Shown: positions 60,817-64,000 of the stretch, one piece after another
Layout: each line of letters opens with the position of its first letter
Position numbering within the stretch: position 1 is the first letter of the stretch
Assembly (NCBI GenBank): GCA_963816185.1
Contig: CAWFJJ010000007.1
Coordinates: 1-64,000 of the forward strand
Source of the DNA: Thermoanaerobaculia bacterium
GTDB taxonomy: Bacteria; Acidobacteriota; Thermoanaerobaculia; UBA5066
Length of the DNA: 64,000 bases
Direction: 5' to 3'
Program-made: the position numbers and the translations under genes
Notes under the pieces: generated by a model
Told to the model about the DNA's origin: nothing
Seen by the model: only the letters and a program-made list of their open reading frames with translations
Databases searched by the model: none

Positions 60817-62028
60817 ATGCTTCCTGTCGACAAACGCTCTGCCACGGAGACTGATGTCTCGATAGACGTTCGACACACAGAGGCTCTGCTGACGACGGGA
60901 GCCCTGCAGAGCGCGATTTTCAACAGCGCCAATTTCTCGAGTATCGCAACCGACGCGAAGGGCGTCATCCAGATCTTCAACGTGGGTGCCGAGCGCATGC
61001 TCGGCTACAGGGCCGCCGACGTGATGAACAAGATCACCCCGGCCGAGATCTCCGACCCGCAGGAAGTGATCGCGCGCGCCACGGCCTTGAGCGTCGAATT
61101 CGCGACCCCGATTGCGCCGGGGTTCGAAGCCCTGGTCTTCAAAGCCTCGCGCGGGATCGAGGACATTTACGAGCTGACCTACTTCCGCAAGGACGGCAGC
61201 CGGTTCCCCGCGGTGGTGTCCGTCACGGCGCTGCGCGACGCCCAGAACGCCATCATCGGCTATCTGTTGATCGGCACCGACAACACCGCTCGCAAGCGGG
61301 TCGAGGAGGAGCGTAAGCGGGCGGAACAAGTCCTGGCCGAACGCAGCGCGCAGCTGGAGGCGGCCAACAAGGAGCTGGAAGCCTTCGCCTACTCCGTCTC
61401 GCACGACTTGCGCGCGCCGCTGCGGGCGATCGACGGGTTCAGTCAGATCCTCCTCGAGGATTACGGGGAGAGGCTCGGGGACTCGGGACGGGACGCGCTC
61501 GTGCGGGTTCGTGCGGGCGCCGGCCGGATGTCGCGCCTGATCGACGACCTGCTCAATCTCTCGCGGGTCACCCGGGCGGGCCTGCAACGGGCGCGGGTCG
61601 ACTTGAGCGAGACGGCGCGCCGTGTGGTGGCCGAGCTGGCACGCTCGGAGCCGGACCGGCACGTTGACACGCGGATCGCGGAGGGCGTCATCGTCGAGGG
61701 AGACCAGACGCTCCTGCAGCAGGTCCTGGAAAACCTGCTGGGCAATGCCTTCAAGTTCACGTCGAAGCGGCCGGAGGCGCGTGTGGAGTTCGGCGTCGAA
61801 CGGCAGAGCGGCGGGCCGGTCTACTACGTCCGCGACAACGGCGCCGGCTTCGACATGGCTTATGCCGAAAAGCTCTTTGGCGCCTTTCAGAGGCTCCATT
61901 CCGAGGCCGAGTTCCCCGGCACGGGTATCGGCCTCGCCACGGTGCAGCGGATCGTTCGCCGGCACGGCGGACGCGTGTGGGCGGAGGGGGCGGTGGACGG
62001 AGGGGCAACCTTCCGATTCACGCTGTAA
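60817..62028 (+). CDS. PAS sensor histidine kinase
   Basis: PAS domain, SVSHDLRAPL, NLLGNA.K, DNG.GF, GTGIGL. Confidence 0.95.
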   Translation: MLPVDKRSATETDVSIDVRHTEALLTTGALQSAIFNSANFSSIATDAKGVIQIFNVGAERMLGYRAADVMNKITPAEISDPQEVIARATALSVEFATPIAPGFEALVFKASRGIEDIYELTYFRKDGSRFPAVVSVTALRDAQNAIIGYLLIGTDNTARKRVEEERKRAEQVLAERSAQLEAANKELEAFAYSVSHDLRAPLRAIDGFSQILLEDYGERLGDSGRDALVRVRAGAGRMSRLIDDLLNLSRVTRAGLQRARVDLSETARRVVAELARSEPDRHVDTRIAEGVIVEGDQTLLQQVLENLLGNAFKFTSKRPEARVEFGVERQSGGPVYYVRDNGAGFDMAYAEKLFGAFQRLHSEAEFPGTGIGLATVQRIVRRHGGRVWAEGAVDGGATFRFTL

Positions 62029-62040
62029 GGAGGAGGAGAA

Positions 62041-62490
62041 ATGGCAGGAAAGACGATCCTGCTCGTGGAAGACAATCCGGACGACGTCGCCCTGACGCTT
62101 CGTGCGTTCGGCAAGAACAACATCGCCAACCGGATCGTCGTAGCGGCCGACGGCGTGGAAGCGCTGGATTACCTTTTCGGAACGGGGCGCTATGCGGGCC
62201 GGGACATGGCCGAGATGCCCACGTTGGTCCTTCTCGACTTGAAGCTGCCCAAGATCGACGGCCTCGAAGTCTTGCGTCGGCTGCGTGCCGACGAAAGGAC
62301 GACGCTGCTGCCGGTCGTCGTTCTGACCTCCTCGAAGGAAGAGCAGGACCTGGTCAATAGTTACGCGCTCGGGGCCAACAGCTACGTGCGCAAACCCGTG
62401 GACTTCAATCAGTTCATGGAGGCGGCGCGGCATATGGGCCTCTACTGGCTCGTTCTCAACGAGGCGCCTCCCGTTCGAAGAGGAATCTGA
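62041..62490 (+). CDS. Single-domain response regulator (Rcp1-like)
   Basis: LLVEDN, LLDLKLP..DG, LTSS, GANSY.RKP. Confidence 0.95.
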   Translation: MAGKTILLVEDNPDDVALTLRAFGKNNIANRIVVAADGVEALDYLFGTGRYAGRDMAEMPTLVLLDLKLPKIDGLEVLRRLRADERTTLLPVVVLTSSKEEQDLVNSYALGANSYVRKPVDFNQFMEAARHMGLYWLVLNEAPPVRRGI

Positions 62491-64000
62491 TGGTGGAACC
62501 GCTCAGGGTCCTCATCGTCGAGGACTCGGAAGACGACACGCGCCTCCTGGCACGCGAGCTCGAGCGCGCCGGCTACGACGTGTCCTCGAAGCGTGTCGAG
62601 ACGGCCGAGGAGATGAAGGCGGCGCTCGAAAAGGAGTCCTGGGACTTCGTCATCTCCGACTACAGCCTGCCGGCTTTCAACGCGCCGGCGGCCCTCAGGA
62701 TGCTCCAGACTTCCGGGCTCGACCTGCCTTTCATCATCGTCTCGGGAACGGTCGGCGAGGACGTCGCCGTCGAGTGCATGAGGGCCGGCGCGCATGACTT
62801 CTTTCTGAAGGAGAACCTGACGCGCCTCGCTCCCGCGGTCCGCAGGGAGCTCGAGCAGGCCGAGCAGCGACAGGGAAGACGACAGGCGGAAGAGGGGATG
62901 CGGCGCAGCGAGGAGCGCTTCCGGAAGCTCTTCGACTCGCACACGATCGGGATCGTGATCGCGGATCTCGCCGGCCGCACGCTCGAGGCCAACGACGCCT
63001 ACCTCGACATGCTGGGGTACTCCAGAGAGGAGCTCCTTGCGGGAGAGATCAGGTGGGACGAGCTGACCCCGCCTGAGTATCTCGAGCGAGACAAGAAGGC
63101 GGTCGAGGAGCTGCAGCGAACGGGCGTCGCGTCCTCCTGGGAGAAGGAGCTCCTTCGAAAGGACGGGAAGCGCGTGCCGGTCCTGATGGGCGTCGCGATG
63201 CTGCCCGCTTCGGAAGGAGCCTGCATTGCCTACATCGTGGACCTTTCTTCGCAGAAGGTTCTCGAGGAGCGGCTTCGCCTCTCGCAGAAGATGGAGGCCG
63301 TCGGGCGGCTCGCGGGCGGCGTCGCCCACGACTTCAACAACCTCCTGACCGCGATCCTCGGATACGGAAGCCTTCTGTCCTCCCGGTTGGCGCCCGGCGC
63401 CCCCGGCCGCGAGGAGCTCGACGAGATGCTCCGCGCTTCGGAGCGCGCGACCGCACTGACTCAGCAGCTCCTCGCTTTCAGCCGCAAGCAAGTGCTCGAA
63501 CCGGTCGTTCTCGATGTCAACGAGCTGGTTCGTAACCTGGAAAAGATGCTGCGACGCCTGATCGGAGAGGATCTGGAGCTGGCGACGAAGCTCGATGCGC
63601 TCGCGGGAAGGGTCCGCGCGGACCACGGGCAGCTCGAGCAGGTGATCATGAATCTGGTCCTCAACGCCCGCGATGCCATGCCGAATGGAGGCAGACTGAC
63701 GATCGAGACGGCCAACGCCGATCTCGACGAGTCTTACGCGCAGCGCCATATCACCGTCCGGCCGGGCCGCTACGTGATGGTGGCCGTGAGCGACACCGGC
63801 ACGGGCATGGATGCGGAGACGCAGGCGCACATCTTCGAGCCCTTCTTCACGACGAAGGAAAAAGGGAAGGGAACGGGACTCGGACTCTCGACGGTGTACG
63901 GCATCGTGAAGCAGTCGGGCGGGAACATCTGGGTGTACAGCGAGCCGGGAAAGGGAACGACGTTCAAGGTGTACCTGCCGAGGGTGGGGGAGCCCGCCGA
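62490..64000 (+). CDS. Hybrid REC-PAS-histidine kinase (CckA-like), truncated by the window end
   Basis: MVEPLRVLIVED, ISDY.LP, QKMEAVGRLAGGVAHDFNN, NARDAM, FEPFFTTK, GTGLGL. Missing from the ORF track because there is no stop in the window. Confidence 0.93.
   Translation, partial: MVEPLRVLIVEDSEDDTRLLARELERAGYDVSSKRVETAEEMKAALEKESWDFVISDYSLPAFNAPAALRMLQTSGLDLPFIIVSGTVGEDVAVECMRAGAHDFFLKENLTRLAPAVRRELEQAEQRQGRRQAEEGMRRSEERFRKLFDSHTIGIVIADLAGRTLEANDAYLDMLGYSREELLAGEIRWDELTPPEYLERDKKAVEELQRTGVASSWEKELLRKDGKRVPVLMGVAMLPASEGACIAYIVDLSSQKVLEERLRLSQKMEAVGRLAGGVAHDFNNLLTAILGYGSLLSSRLAPGAPGREELDEMLRASERATALTQQLLAFSRKQVLEPVVLDVNELVRNLEKMLRRLIGEDLELATKLDALAGRVRADHGQLEQVIMNLVLNARDAMPNGGRLTIETANADLDESYAQRHITVRPGRYVMVAVSDTGTGMDAETQAHIFEPFFTTKEKGKGTGLGLSTVYGIVKQSGGNIWVYSEPGKGTTFKVYLPRVGEPA

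Overview
High-GC (about 68-70% by eye) bacterial chromosome segment, most likely Acidobacteriota (Thermoanaerobaculia-like), judged from the acidobacterial VWA protein and the 'W.T.L...NP / RTNL..N / [10 protein letters not shown]' secreted-protein family. Positions ~6.2-64 kb are mostly housekeeping genes (amidase-GerMN-murI-rph, tRNA-Pro, dusB, msrA, glmU-glmS, glpK, pcrA, mqnD, truA, a surface-glycan cluster, an S9 peptidase, a Ser/Thr kinase and a two-component cluster). The first 5.9 kb, downstream of tmRNA, is a decayed accessory region with the most striking signals. (1) An Rdx/SelW-family selenoprotein gene (CxxU, in-frame UGA plus SECIS-like hairpin), absent from the ORF track, starts just after an integron-type GTTAGGC site and looks like a gene cassette. 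(2) The preceding attC site is split by an IS110/IS1111 element whose 3' non-coding end folds into a bridge-RNA-like loop carrying sequences that match both flanks of that attC. (3) A second, truncated IS1111-type element sits in the same attC. (4) Phage terminase and methyltransferase remnants flank a captured bacilliredoxin. Other highlights are a stand-alone 20-aa Lys-rich micro-ORF, a recurrent TTCTWAGAA palindrome inside genes, widespread leaderless-type promoters, a PadR/GNAT-like operon and a beta/gamma-crystallin islet. Many frameshifts could be long-read indel errors rather than true pseudogenes. All calls were made by eye, with no database searches.
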